56,212 nt of DNA, taken from contig JAITRN010000087.1 of assembly GCA_031288355.1 (NCBI GenBank), positions 1-56,212 on the forward strand. Direction: 5' to 3'. Origin of the DNA: Candidatus Opitulatrix roisinitermitis (lineage in GTDB: Bacteria; Actinomycetota; Actinomycetes; Actinomycetales; Bifidobacteriaceae). The notes under the pieces are model-generated. The model worked only from the letters and a program-made list of their open reading frames with translations, had not been told where the DNA came from and ran no database searches. This document shows positions 27,113 through 38,095 of the stretch, in pieces. Each line of letters starts with the position of its first letter. Position 1 is the first letter of the stretch. Position numbers and translations under genes: made by a program.

Positions 27113-27886
27113 TCAATCTTGTGTAATTCTTTTCTGAAGCTGTTTAATGGTCAGGCTGGAAACCCCTAAATTAGCAATATAATTATCCATATTACCATAA
27201 ATAGTATCTACTTCGTCTAATGCTGAACGCAAATAACTTATATCAACCCCCAAAGCTGGTTTTTGTTGTTCAAAATCTCCTTTATTATGAAAAGAAATAG
27301 TCTTCCATAAGTTCTTAGCGAATTTATTGGACAACAAATAATCATCTACAATTGTGTCATAATTTGTTCCTGCAATATGATGACACAAAACAGCCGTCCA
27401 ACCTGTCCTGTCTTTCCCAGCTGTACAGTGAAAAAGAGGATATTTATAATTAGCTAAAACTTCTAAAACTTCACCAAATATTAAACGAATTCTTTTCACA
27501 GAAACAAACTTTTTATAAAACGCTCTCATAATAAAAATCTGTTTTTCAATTGGATTATCAGTTTTTTTCGCCTCATCTAACACCTTAGCAACATCAGCTG
27601 ATATATTTTCATCTATTGCAGTATCTATTGGAAGTAAAATATGATCTACTCCATTAGGCAATTTATCAACGCCGTCTCTATCTATTTCGTCTTTTGAACG
27701 TAAATCTATCACAGCGTCAACTCCTAGCTGCAAAATTTTGTCTTTTCCAACAGTTGTGAGACCAGAAAGTAAGGCTGTTCTTAATAATTTATGAGGCAAA
27801 ATGGGTGAAAAATCACAATATGCGCCTATATCTCGAACATTAAAAGTTCCAGGTATTGCTATTTCATCAACATAATCAACTGACAT
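27113..27886 (-). CDS. protein-tyrosine phosphatase (CX5R, Tyr_phosphatase_3-like)
   Basis: Contains the active-site loop HCTAGKDRTG and the N-terminal NVRDIG motif. 257 aa. Confidence 0.8.
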   Translation of the reverse strand: MSVDYVDEIAIPGTFNVRDIGAYCDFSPILPHKLLRTALLSGLTTVGKDKILQLGVDAVIDLRSKDEIDRDGVDKLPNGVDHILLPIDTAIDENISADVAKVLDEAKKTDNPIEKQIFIMRAFYKKFVSVKRIRLIFGEVLEVLANYKYPLFHCTAGKDRTGWTAVLCHHIAGTNYDTIVDDYLLSNKFAKNLWKTISFHNKGDFEQQKPALGVDISYLRSALDEVDTIYGNMDNYIANLGVSSLTIKQLQKRITQD

Positions 27887-27901
27887 TATTTAGTTTCATA
27901 A

Positions 27902-29371
27902 TTATTTAGTTTTTTTTATTTCATCCTCTTTTTTGTCTTTTGATTCTTTATCAATTAATTTCTTATCCTCCGGCTTTTTATCTTGAGAAATCTGATTATT
28001 TTCAGTATCTCCTATTTTTTGAGTTTTCTCAATTTCTTTAGCAGCTTTACCCCTCATTTCACGAACTTGTTTTTTATGAGATTCCCAAGTATTATAAGCT
28101 TTAGCATATTCTGCTTCCCAAACAGCTCTTTGCTCTTCATAACCCGGTTTCCATTCATTAGCTTGTGCATCAAAACCCTCAGGAAACTTATAATTACCAT
28201 CTTTATCGTATTCTGCTTTCATACCATATAACGCTGGATCAAAATCCTCCCCATCAGGATTAACTCCAGCATTAGCTTGTTTCAAAGATAATGATATACG
28301 ACGATTTTCTAAATTGATATCAATTATTTTGGCATATATATGTTCTCCCAAACTAATTACAGCATCTGGTATATCTATATGACTCTCTGACAATTCAGAA
28401 ATATGTACTAAGCCTTCCACACCCTCTGACAATTTTACAAAAGCGCCGAAAGTGACCACCTTTGCAATTTCTCCAGGAACTATTTGCCCAATCATATTAT
28501 TTCTAGCAAATTCTTGCCATGGATCTGACTCTGTTGATTTTATAGACAAAGAAATACGGTTCTTTTCTGTTTCAATAGACAAAACTTCCACAGTAACTTC
28601 ATCGCCCACCTTAACCACTTCAGAAGGGTGCATAACATGATTCCAGGAAAGCTCTGAAACATGAACTAACCCATCCATACCACCTAAATCAACAAATGCG
28701 CCGAATGAAACAATTGAAGAAATTTTCCCTTTACGAATTTGTCCAACATGCAAATCAGCTAAGAATTTCTTTCTTAACTCACCTTCTTTTTCATCCAAAA
28801 TTGCTTTATGAGATAAAACAACATTATTTTTAATTCTATCTAATTCAACAATTTTAGCATCAATTTCTTGTCCCTTGTATTGTTCTAAATCTGTTATACG
28901 ATGAGAATCAATTAAAGAAGCTGGCATAAATCCCCTTATTCCCACATCCAAAATTAAACCACCTCTAACTATGTCAATAACCTGACCAGTGATTATTTCG
29001 TCTTTTTGTTTAATAACTTCTAAGTCTTTCCAAGCGTGTTCATAAATTGCTTTTTTTCTCGACAAAATTAAACGCCCTTCATCATCTTCTTTTTCTAAAA
29101 CAAAAGCTTCTATTTTATCGCCTATTTTCAATAATTCGTTTGGATTTACATCAGGATTAACAGAAAGCTCTTTTATTGGAATAACGCCTTCTGTTTTATA
29201 TTTTACATCTAATAAAACTTCATCAAACCCAATTCTTATAACCACCCCATTTAAAAAATCTCCATTTTTAAACTGAGAGATTGTATTATCAACAGCCTCT
29301 ATAAGCTGGTTTCTATCTCCAATATCATTTATTGCCACTTGTGGAACTTCATTTTTTTCTTTTTTTACCAT
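27902..29371 (-). CDS. rpsA: 30S ribosomal protein S1
   Basis: Contains four repeated S1 domains (G.V......G..V..G..G.....E.S). The K/E-rich tail is actinobacterial in style. An AAGGA Shine-Dalgarno sequence is present. Confidence 0.95.
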   Translation of the reverse strand: MVKKEKNEVPQVAINDIGDRNQLIEAVDNTISQFKNGDFLNGVVIRIGFDEVLLDVKYKTEGVIPIKELSVNPDVNPNELLKIGDKIEAFVLEKEDDEGRLILSRKKAIYEHAWKDLEVIKQKDEIITGQVIDIVRGGLILDVGIRGFMPASLIDSHRITDLEQYKGQEIDAKIVELDRIKNNVVLSHKAILDEKEGELRKKFLADLHVGQIRKGKISSIVSFGAFVDLGGMDGLVHVSELSWNHVMHPSEVVKVGDEVTVEVLSIETEKNRISLSIKSTESDPWQEFARNNMIGQIVPGEIAKVVTFGAFVKLSEGVEGLVHISELSESHIDIPDAVISLGEHIYAKIIDINLENRRISLSLKQANAGVNPDGEDFDPALYGMKAEYDKDGNYKFPEGFDAQANEWKPGYEEQRAVWEAEYAKAYNTWESHKKQVREMRGKAAKEIEKTQKIGDTENNQISQDKKPEDKKLIDKESKDKKEDEIKKTK

Positions 29372-29497
29372 ATTGTCCTTATAATGTTTTTATTCACTTA
29401 TCTAGAAACGGATACTTCTACTATTAGTCTATACTATATTTTGTACTAATATAAATTTTTTTGGCTAAAATTTTTTATACAATTCTGAAAAATAATT

Positions 29498-30391
29498 TTA
29501 TACAATTTCTAACCACTTTATCCTTTTATCGCGCAAAAACCACTTATATTGTTTTTTAGCTAATTGAAAAGTTGCTAAACTTATTAAATCAATTAGCTGA
29601 TTTTGGTTTATTTTACCATCCAAATAATCACAAGTTTGGGCAAAACCAATAGCTTTAACAGCTGTTTTTCCTGCTTTCTCTCTTGCTTTATCAATCTCCA
29701 AAATTAGTCCGTTATTAATCATATTAACTGTTCTTTTATAAATTCTTTCTTTTAATAATTCTTTTGGCCATTTTGCTGCATATACTAATGTAGGCTGATA
29801 AAAATAATTTCTCTTTGGCAAACTAGCTCGAAAAGGCTGCCCTGTTAATTCTATAACTTCTAAGGCTCTAATAACTCTGCGGGTATTTTCGCTTGACAAG
29901 ATTTTAGCCGACGCTAAATCTTTTTTTTCTAAAAGATTATATAAATAATCTTTTCCCTGCAAATTCAATAAATTATTATATTTTTGTCTAATTTCAGGGT
30001 CTGTGCCAGGAAATTTGATATCATCTAAAAGGGCATTTGTATATAAAGCAGAGCCCCCTACGATTATTGGTAGTTGACCAGAAATTTGAATTTTGTCAAT
30101 GTCTTCTCTGGCTTTTTTTTGATAAACTGAAACGCTAGCAGTTTCTTTTAAATCTAAAACATCTAATTGGCAAAATTCAAATTTCTGACCAATATTCTTT
30201 TTAGCCAAAACAATGTCTTTACTCGTTGGTTTTGCGCTAATAATATCAAAACCTTTATATAATGCAAAAGCATCAGCATTAACAAATGAACAATCTATAT
30301 TCGCTTTATCTTTCAAAAACCTAGCTAAACGAAAAGCAAATTCGGTTTTGCCTGTGGCCGTTGGACCAACTATAGCAACAACTGGATACAA
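29498..30391 (-). CDS. miaA: tRNA dimethylallyltransferase
   Basis: Contains a P-loop (IVGPTATGKT), GGSALY and ...RR.IRALEV. It uses a TTG start immediately after the gpmA stop. Confidence 0.9.
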   Translation of the reverse strand: MYPVVAIVGPTATGKTEFAFRLARFLKDKANIDCSFVNADAFALYKGFDIISAKPTSKDIVLAKKNIGQKFEFCQLDVLDLKETASVSVYQKKAREDIDKIQISGQLPIIVGGSALYTNALLDDIKFPGTDPEIRQKYNNLLNLQGKDYLYNLLEKKDLASAKILSSENTRRVIRALEVIELTGQPFRASLPKRNYFYQPTLVYAAKWPKELLKERIYKRTVNMINNGLILEIDKAREKAGKTAVKAIGFAQTCDYLDGKINQNQLIDLISLATFQLAKKQYKWFLRDKRIKWLEIV

Positions 30392-31150
30392 TTAGTTGCC
30401 CTGATTAGCCACTGCTTCTATGGCCTCCTGGACATCAGGATCTAAATATCTGCCTTTTGACAAAATTCTAAAACTAGTATTTAACTCATAATAAAGCGGA
30501 ATTCCTGTAGGAATATTTAAATTAGATATATCATCATCGCTTATATCTTCTAAATATTTCACAATAGCTCTTAAAGAGTTACCATGAGCCGCCACTAAAA
30601 CAGTCTTCCCTAGCTCTAATTCTGGAAAAATACGAGAAAATAAATAGGGTTTAGCCCTTTGTAAAACGTCTTTTAAACTTTCTGATTTTGGAATAGCTTC
30701 ATTAGCATATCTAACATCTGCATCTTGAGAATATTTACTATTTTCCTCAATTTCTGGAGGCGGAACATCATAAGATCTGCGCCATTGCATAAACTGTTCT
30801 TCACCATAAATTTTGCGTATTTCAGATTTATCTTTTCCTTGCAAAGCTCCATAATGCCTTTCATTCAACCGCCAAGATCTTCTCACTTCTATCCAATGTC
30901 TATCAGCTGCGTTTAAAGCGATATTAGCAGTAGTGATTGCTCTGCGCAAAAAGGATGTAAAAACAATATCTGGCAAAATTCCTTCTTCTTTGAGCAATAT
31001 TCCGCCCTTTTTCGCCTCTTCCATGCCTTTATCAGATAAAGACACATCTACCCAACCGGTAAATAAATTTTTAGCATTCCAAACGCTTTCGCCGTGTCTT
31101 AAAAGCACCAATTTATAAACTTCATCTTTGTGCCGTTGACCTATTATCAT
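30392..31150 (-). CDS. gpmA: 2,3-bisphosphoglycerate-dependent phosphoglycerate mutase
   Basis: Contains [24 protein letters not shown] and AHGNSLRA. Confidence 0.95.
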   Translation of the reverse strand: MIIGQRHKDEVYKLVLLRHGESVWNAKNLFTGWVDVSLSDKGMEEAKKGGILLKEEGILPDIVFTSFLRRAITTANIALNAADRHWIEVRRSWRLNERHYGALQGKDKSEIRKIYGEEQFMQWRRSYDVPPPEIEENSKYSQDADVRYANEAIPKSESLKDVLQRAKPYLFSRIFPELELGKTVLVAAHGNSLRAIVKYLEDISDDDISNLNIPTGIPLYYELNTSFRILSKGRYLDPDVQEAIEAVANQGN

Positions 31151-31165
31151 TATTTGTCCCTTTTT

Positions 31166-32326
31166 TTAATTACTTATTGCTTCTGATATTCTTAGAATAC
31201 CATTTTTTAAAATATTTTGATTAGTCGCCACATTAAACCTTATAAAATTCTTATAGTCTACGCTCCCAAAAGAGGTTCCTTCATTTACGGAAACCTTGGC
31301 TTTTTTAAAAATAAATTTGGCGTTCACCCCTTTATAAGCACTCATATCTACCCAAGCTAAAGGAATTGCCTTTGTATAATAAATTTTTGCTTTAGGCAAA
31401 TATTCTTTCATAAGGCTCGAAAAAAAAGAAAAATTCTCATCTAAACTTTTGCGAAATTTCTTTAAATATTTGTCACCTTTGGAATAAGCGGCAATGGCGC
31501 ACCTTATAGGATAATGATTAAGAATATGATTTATGGCTTTAGGCGTTTTCTCTAATAAACTATTAGCCTTTCCAAATGAAAAAACTATTGAAGATTTTAA
31601 ACCTGGCATGCCATAAGCTTTAGATGGCGAAATAATAGAAATCCCTTCATTTATTCCACCAACGCACAAAAGTGAATTAAAATAACCAGGTGCAGACATA
31701 TCAGAATAAATTTCATCTGAAATTAGAAAAATTTGATATTTATTACATATCGAAACAAGTTCTTTTAATTCTGTTTTAGTGTGAACTGTTCCTGTAGGAT
31801 TTTGCGGATTGCATAATAAATAAATTGCTGGTTTAGATTTCAAATCCTTAAATTTTTTTTCTAAATTGGGCAAATCTAATCGCCATTGTTTATTTAAAGG
31901 AACATCGTATAATTTACAATCTTCAGCCACAGTTGTTATAAAAGGCGGATAAACAGGCGAAGAAATAACAATATTTTTTTCAAGACGTGTAGCTTTTTTC
32001 TCTTCAAAATAAATTCTTGACAAGATCCTTGAAGCCGCTATAACTCCTGGATAAATTTGAGCATTTTTCATACTTAAGGATTTTTTATGATGGCGAGCAT
32101 AATATTTAGCATATGTTTCTTTATATTCAGCAATATCTTTTTGTGAAACATAACCGCAATCTGTCAAATTCGTTAAATATGATAACTCTTTTACAATAGA
32201 ACTGTCAAAAGGAACATCAACTTCAGCAATATCTAATGGAATAATTGACCTATCTTTATCTCCCCATTTTTTTGATGTCCTTTTACGTAAATCATTTTCA
32301 GTATAAATATTGAAAATATTTTTCAT
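31166..32326 (-). CDS. class I/II PLP aminotransferase, MalY/PatB-type C-S lyase
   Basis: 386 aa. Contains KWGD......PL..AE.D, NPQNPTG and SPSKAYGMPGLK (the PLP lysine). Its ATG overlaps the pknB stop by 1 nt. Confidence 0.7.
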   Translation of the reverse strand: MKNIFNIYTENDLRKRTSKKWGDKDRSIIPLDIAEVDVPFDSSIVKELSYLTNLTDCGYVSQKDIAEYKETYAKYYARHHKKSLSMKNAQIYPGVIAASRILSRIYFEEKKATRLEKNIVISSPVYPPFITTVAEDCKLYDVPLNKQWRLDLPNLEKKFKDLKSKPAIYLLCNPQNPTGTVHTKTELKELVSICNKYQIFLISDEIYSDMSAPGYFNSLLCVGGINEGISIISPSKAYGMPGLKSSIVFSFGKANSLLEKTPKAINHILNHYPIRCAIAAYSKGDKYLKKFRKSLDENFSFFSSLMKEYLPKAKIYYTKAIPLAWVDMSAYKGVNAKFIFKKAKVSVNEGTSFGSVDYKNFIRFNVATNQNILKNGILRISEAISN

Positions 32327-34209
32327 TATTCTCCACTAGAGACATAAATTGTCACAGAACTATTTGGGTTAACTTTTTGCCCAGAAGACGGAGAAGTCGA
32401 AATAACAATATCTTTGGCTAAACCAGAACTTTTATATTCAATCTGGGGTATAAGGCCTAACTGCTGAATAGCTCTAATGGCTTCGGCTTTTGTTTTGCCT
32501 TTCAAATCAGGTATTACCACAGTTTCGGGCACGGCTATATAAATAATTATTGTTGCATTTTGCTGCACAGAACCAGCTGTTGGGCTAGTTCTGGTGACAG
32601 TTCCTGGTGTTTTATTATCAGTTTTATCATCCTGGAAATTAGCAGTTAAATGAAGTTTTTTAACCTCCTCATCCGCCTGATCTCTAGTTTTGCCTGTCAA
32701 ATCAGGCAATGTTACATTACCTGTAGAAATATAAAGAACAATTGTTTGGCCTTTTTGAATACTACTTCCAGCTTTAGGATCCGTCCGTGTAATATTGTCT
32801 TTTACAACATCTGGGGAATCTTCGGTTTTTATGGAACCAACAGATAATCCTAAATCTGATAGGGTTTTTTGAGCAATATCTTGACTGGAATTTTTTAAAT
32901 CTGGCACAGTTATATTCTCAGGCCCAGCTGAAAAGTAAACTTTAACTGTTGAACCCTGATTTACTTGTGTACCTCCAACAGGGTCTGAATGAGTAAAAGT
33001 GTCTTTAGGCAAAGTAGAATTTATATCAGGCAATTGTTCATAAACTAATTTAGCTGCTTCTATTTGTCTTTTAGCCTCTAAAGGGGTTACATTAGCAGAT
33101 AATCTGGGCACCGTAACATTTATACCACAAGAAGCCCAAATAACAGCACCGGTTATACCTGTTACTAACAAAACAGCTATCACTATAATTAAAGGTGCTT
33201 TTTTGCTTTTTTTTGGTTTTTGTTCAGAATTTACATCATCTTTTACTGCCGGCATAATTTTAGTTTCAAAACCATTTCCATCATACATGTCATTTGGCAA
33301 ACTCATGGGATTAGAAACCGAATTCAAAACAGTAGTTTCATCTAAACTAGGCAAATTTTTGCCATCAGCTGCCGCTTGAACATCTGTTTTAAAAGAAAAA
33401 GCTGTTTGATATCTCATATTCGGGTCTTTAGCCATAGCTCGAGAAACTATTTTATCCCATAAAGGATTTAAATCTGCCAAAATTTCACTAGGTTTTTTAT
33501 GATTTTCAGAGACATGTTGATAAGCAATAGAAACAGCATTTTCTCCACTAAAAGGCGGCTGTCCCGTCAATAATTCAAACAATAAACATCCTGCTGAATA
33601 CAAATCACTTCTTGCATCAACTTTTAAGCCTTTAGCTTGTTCAGGTGATAGATATTGAGCAGTCCCAACCACTGTATCAGCTTGAGTCATAGTCGCCGAA
33701 GAATCTGCCATAGCTCTTGCTATACCAAAATCCATAACTTTAACTTGTCTAGCAGAAGAAATAAAAATATTGCCAGGTTTTATATCTCTATGAATTACCC
33801 CATGCTTATGAGAGTATTCTAGAGCTGACAAAACACCTTCCATAATTTTAGCCGAATATTGCGCATTTATATGACCTTGTTTAGCAATAATAGTTTTTAA
33901 GTCATCGCCCTGAACAAATTCCATAACTATATAAGGATATTTTACAACACCATCAATCCCGCTAGCTATTTCTTCTCCTGTGTCATAAACGGCCACAATA
34001 TTTGGGTGATTGAGCGAAGCAGCTGCTTCTGCTTCTCTTTTAAATCTAGAATAAAATATAGAATCTTGCGTTAAAGCTGGACGCAAAATCTTCACCGCTA
34101 CAACTCTTTGCAGGCGATTATCAAACGCTTTATAAACTTGCGCCATGCCACCTTGACCTACCATTTCTCTCAGTTCATATCTGCCGCCTAGAACTTGTGG
34201 CATAGTCAT
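32326..34209 (-). CDS. pknB: Ser/Thr protein kinase PknB with extracellular PASTA repeats
   Basis: The kinase domain carries GQGGMAQVY, VAVK, HRDIKPGN, DFGIA and SPEQA. One TM segment follows (APLIIVIAVLLVTGITGAVIW), then about four PASTA-like repeats (VTVPDL.G....A...L). Confidence 0.9.
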   Translation of the reverse strand: MTMPQVLGGRYELREMVGQGGMAQVYKAFDNRLQRVVAVKILRPALTQDSIFYSRFKREAEAAASLNHPNIVAVYDTGEEIASGIDGVVKYPYIVMEFVQGDDLKTIIAKQGHINAQYSAKIMEGVLSALEYSHKHGVIHRDIKPGNIFISSARQVKVMDFGIARAMADSSATMTQADTVVGTAQYLSPEQAKGLKVDARSDLYSAGCLLFELLTGQPPFSGENAVSIAYQHVSENHKKPSEILADLNPLWDKIVSRAMAKDPNMRYQTAFSFKTDVQAAADGKNLPSLDETTVLNSVSNPMSLPNDMYDGNGFETKIMPAVKDDVNSEQKPKKSKKAPLIIVIAVLLVTGITGAVIWASCGINVTVPRLSANVTPLEAKRQIEAAKLVYEQLPDINSTLPKDTFTHSDPVGGTQVNQGSTVKVYFSAGPENITVPDLKNSSQDIAQKTLSDLGLSVGSIKTEDSPDVVKDNITRTDPKAGSSIQKGQTIVLYISTGNVTLPDLTGKTRDQADEEVKKLHLTANFQDDKTDNKTPGTVTRTSPTAGSVQQNATIIIYIAVPETVVIPDLKGKTKAEAIRAIQQLGLIPQIEYKSSGLAKDIVISTSPSSGQKVNPNSSVTIYVSSGE

Positions 34210-34321
34210 ATTCTACCTACTTTCATAAACTTAAATCCTAAATTCTATTCACTAATATCTAATTAGCACCCATACTATTAACTATATCAAATCCCTGTTT
34301 CATTTTAACCCATTTCTTCTG

Positions 34322-35161
34322 CTACTTCCAGTGTTTTAGACTATCTGGCACAAAAGTCGCTAGTTCTAAACCTAATTTATAAGTATTATTAGGCCTGTCT
34401 TTTGGATCTTTGGCTAACATTGATTTTACAAGCTCTTGCAATTTTGAATCAATTGAATTAGGCATTGGCGGAATGGGGTGTTTAACATGGGCCACAGCTA
34501 TATCAACAGCAGTTTTGCCCGAAAACGGCCTATAACCAACTAATGCTTCATAAGCAATAATTCCCAAAGCGTATATATCTGAAGCTCGCTCAGCCTGCTT
34601 TCCAACAGCTTGTTCAGGTGATAGATATTGAGCAGTCCCCATAACCATTCCATTAGCAGTAATATCTTTTTGATTATTAGCCTTAGAAACGCCAAAATCA
34701 GTTATTTTAGCATGCCCATCAGAGGTGACTAAGATATTAGATGGCTTAATATCTCTATGAATTATATTTTCTCTATGTGCTTTAGCCAGTCCGAAAGCGA
34801 CCTGGGAAAGAATCGGGAGAATTCTCTGCGGCGTCATTTTTTCAACTTCTTTCAAAATATCAGCTAGAGATTTAGATTCAACAAATTCCATAATTAAAAA
34901 ACCAAAATTGTCTAATTCCTGATAATCGTGAATAGAAACAATATTTTGATGGATCAGCGAAGCGCTATTTATCGCCTCTATTCTTAATCTTTTTAAATAT
35001 TCTTGCCCGCCAGCTAAATCAGCATTTTGTGTTTTTATTGCCACAGGTCTATTCAAACTAGTATCAAAACCTTTAAACATTTGGCCCATACCGCCTTCAG
35101 CAATCAATTCTTGCAGAACATAGCGGCCATTTATAACATCAGATGGTGCAAATTTTTTCAT
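34322..35161 (-). CDS. pknA: Ser/Thr protein kinase, kinase domain only (PknA position)
   Basis: 279 aa. Contains GGMGQMFK, VAIK, HRDIKPSNILV, DFGVS and SPEQA. There is no linker, TM or extracellular part. It overlaps the pbpA stop (ATGA). Confidence 0.8.
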   Translation of the reverse strand: MKKFAPSDVINGRYVLQELIAEGGMGQMFKGFDTSLNRPVAIKTQNADLAGGQEYLKRLRIEAINSASLIHQNIVSIHDYQELDNFGFLIMEFVESKSLADILKEVEKMTPQRILPILSQVAFGLAKAHRENIIHRDIKPSNILVTSDGHAKITDFGVSKANNQKDITANGMVMGTAQYLSPEQAVGKQAERASDIYALGIIAYEALVGYRPFSGKTAVDIAVAHVKHPIPPMPNSIDSKLQELVKSMLAKDPKDRPNNTYKLGLELATFVPDSLKHWK

Positions 35162-36636
35162 TGTAAAGCCGCCTGAATGACTCGTTTAGCAACCGGAGCA
35201 GAGGCAGAAGCGCCAGTTGGGTCATTTTCGCCATCTTCCACTAAAACACAAACCGCTATTTTGGGATTATCTGCTGGGGCAAATCCTGTAAACCAGGCAT
35301 GAGGAATTGCGCCTTCAGTTGTTTGCGCAGTGCCTGTTTTGCCAGCAACTATCACACCAGGAATTTGAGCATTAAAAGCTCCTCCTCTTTGAACAACTGA
35401 CTGCATCATAATATTTAGTTGTTGAGCAACATCATAGCTTATAACTGGATTATTAAATTGATCGGAATATTGACTAGATGAAAATTGTTTAACAATTTTG
35501 CCTGACGGATCTTTTATATCTTTCACTAAATATGGATAAGCCAATTTACCATTATTTGCCACAATAGCACTAATTAACAAATCTTGTAAAGGTGTAAACT
35601 TCACATCACCTTGGCCAATAGATGCTAAAGCTAACTTATCATCAGTCAAATTTTTAGGAAAAACACTTGGACTTGATTCTAAAGCCAAGGAATTTTGAGC
35701 ATTAGCTAAAATAAATTCTTTCCCCACTCCAAAAGAATTAGCTTGACTAGCCAAATTGACCTGTCCTAATTTCACTCCTAACATAGCAAAAGCAGTATTA
35801 CAAGAAATTCTTAAAGCGTCAAGCAAAGACTGATTTCCAGAAGACGAACAAATTTCCTTATTATAATTTGGCAAATCAGTTATAGTACCTGGCAAACGAT
35901 AAAATTGTGGAGATGGTATACTGGTATCTTTATTATATTCCCCCGAACTAATCGCCGCAGCAGAGTCAATAACTTTAAAAGTTGATCCAGGAGGATATAA
36001 AGCTGAAATTGTTTTATTTATCAAAGGACTTTCCAAACCTCGGGCTAATTTACTATAAGTATTAGCCGCTTGAGCCGAATTATGAATTGCTAAATCATTT
36101 GGATTATAAGCGGGTTTAGAAACCATTGCTAAAATAGCTCCTGTTTTAGGGTCCATAGCTAAAACCGCCCCTTTTCTATTCCCTAATGAATCCCAGGCAA
36201 CTTTTTGCAATTTACTTGAAATAGTAGTTTCAATAGAACCACCTATTTGGTTTCTCCCAGCAAAACTATTTATTATTTTATCTAGCCAAAAAATATCAGC
36301 CGAACCGTCAAGATAAGAATTTTGGGCAGCTTCTAAGCCTCTATCAGCTTTATTACTTATTGAATAAAAACCGGTTACTGCAGAATACAATTCACCATCA
36401 GTGTACTTTCTTTGATATTCAAACTCGTCCATTGTTTTTTCCGAATAAGCTATAGCTTTACCATCAACTAGAATATCTCCTCTTTTATGATCATATTCAT
36501 TATATAATTGCCGGGTATTTCTAGCATCAGCCTGCAAAACAGAAACCTGGAAAAATTGCCAATAACTAGATGAAATAATTAAAACCAAACTCAAAAAAAT
36601 AATTAAAAAACCCACTCGAGAAATTTGCTTATTCAC
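35158..36636 (-). CDS. pbpA: penicillin-binding protein, class B transpeptidase
   Basis: It has an N-terminal TM, then STFK, SCN and KTGT motifs. It uses a GTG start. Confidence 0.9.
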   Translation of the reverse strand: MNKQISRVGFLIIFLSLVLIISSSYWQFFQVSVLQADARNTRQLYNEYDHKRGDILVDGKAIAYSEKTMDEFEYQRKYTDGELYSAVTGFYSISNKADRGLEAAQNSYLDGSADIFWLDKIINSFAGRNQIGGSIETTISSKLQKVAWDSLGNRKGAVLAMDPKTGAILAMVSKPAYNPNDLAIHNSAQAANTYSKLARGLESPLINKTISALYPPGSTFKVIDSAAAISSGEYNKDTSIPSPQFYRLPGTITDLPNYNKEICSSSGNQSLLDALRISCNTAFAMLGVKLGQVNLASQANSFGVGKEFILANAQNSLALESSPSVFPKNLTDDKLALASIGQGDVKFTPLQDLLISAIVANNGKLAYPYLVKDIKDPSGKIVKQFSSSQYSDQFNNPVISYDVAQQLNIMMQSVVQRGGAFNAQIPGVIVAGKTGTAQTTEGAIPHAWFTGFAPADNPKIAVCVLVEDGENDPTGASASAPVAKRVIQAALQ

Positions 36637-36638
36637 AA

Positions 36639-38039
36639 CTATGCCCTTTCTTTTGATTCTCTATTATCGTTAACTTCTTTTAAAGCTTCTGAAATATTGG
36701 CAGAATTTGAAATTACAAGCAAAACTGTTATAAAAATAAAATTAGCCATTAGGCTAGAACCTCCTCTTGACAATAAAGGCAATGTTAAACCTGTTAAAGG
36801 AATTATAAGAGTCACTCCGCCAACAACAACAAAAACTTGTAAAATTATTGAAAATGCCACTCCCGATGATAATAATTTACCAAAACCTGCTAATTCTTTT
36901 TTAGCTATTATAATTCCTCTAGCAGACAAAATTAAATAACAAATTAAAATTGCAATAATGCCAGTTAGGCCAATTTGCTCTCCTATCGAAGTAAAAACAA
37001 AATCGGAATCAGCAAAAGGGGTTATTCCCGGATGCCCTGCCCCCCAGCCTGTACCAAATAAGCTGCCAGACGCTAAGCCAAAAAGCCCTTGGACTATTTG
37101 GCCTGACCCGCCAGGAGATCTCTGATAAACTTCTTGAGCGAATGGATTTAACCAAATATCAAAACGGGCAGCGACATAAGGAAAAATGAATAAAATAACA
37201 CTAACTGCAGCTAAAAAGAGTATTCCTCCTATGGCTAACCAAGACGGCCTATCAGTAGCAATGTAAAGCATACATAAAAACATACCAAAAAACAAAAGTG
37301 ATGTTCCTAAATCATGCTGAAAAACTAAAATTCCTAAAGACCCTGCCCAAACAAATAAAATTGGACCAAAATCCCGCAAACGAGGAAATCTAATACCTAA
37401 AATTTTTGGTCCTGCCAAAGCTAAAACATCCCTTTTTTCAACCAAATATCCAGCAAAAAAAATTGCTAAAAATATTTTAGCAAATTCTGCTGGCTGAATT
37501 GTTATGCCAGCAAAATTTATCCAAAGTTGTGCTCCATTAACAGATTTTCCAATTATTGGCAAAATCGGCGAAATTAATAAAATCAAACCTATCGCCATAG
37601 AAGTATAAATATAATTTCTTAATTTAGTATAGTTTTTTATAAAAATAATAAGCAAACCAGACAAAATAAGTGACAAAATAATCCATATAAATTGCATAGT
37701 CGCTATATTACCATAGCCAGCAAAACCTGCCCTGGTTCTTGGTAATTCAATCCTATAAATAATTGTTACACCAATTGACGCTAAAAGCATAACAACAGGT
37801 AAAATAATTTGATCTGCAAATTTTAAAAATTTTTGTAAAATTATGTGATACAAAAGGCCAAACAAAATAAAAACTACTATAAAAATTATCACTTTTTTGC
37901 CTATTTGGCCAGTTATTCTATAATCAGTCAAACACAAACTTATAGCAAAACATATATCAACCAAAACTAATAAGGCTAATTCCAAAAAACGAGAAACATT
38001 TATCTGTTTTGCCAATAATGTCTCTTCAGAATTTTTCAT
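36639..38039 (-). CDS. rodA: SEDS family peptidoglycan polymerase FtsW/RodA
   Basis: 466 aa and polytopic. Contains QPAEFAK, DLGT and GG.S...N motifs. Its position between pstP and pbpA fits the conserved cluster. Confidence 0.9.
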   Translation of the reverse strand: MKNSEETLLAKQINVSRFLELALLVLVDICFAISLCLTDYRITGQIGKKVIIFIVVFILFGLLYHIILQKFLKFADQIILPVVMLLASIGVTIIYRIELPRTRAGFAGYGNIATMQFIWIILSLILSGLLIIFIKNYTKLRNYIYTSMAIGLILLISPILPIIGKSVNGAQLWINFAGITIQPAEFAKIFLAIFFAGYLVEKRDVLALAGPKILGIRFPRLRDFGPILFVWAGSLGILVFQHDLGTSLLFFGMFLCMLYIATDRPSWLAIGGILFLAAVSVILFIFPYVAARFDIWLNPFAQEVYQRSPGGSGQIVQGLFGLASGSLFGTGWGAGHPGITPFADSDFVFTSIGEQIGLTGIIAILICYLILSARGIIIAKKELAGFGKLLSSGVAFSIILQVFVVVGGVTLIIPLTGLTLPLLSRGGSSLMANFIFITVLLVISNSANISEALKEVNDNRESKERA

Positions 38040-38095
38040 CTTACCTCAATATTCTATTTCTAATTCGCATTGCAAAAATTGTTTATAACAAAGCT

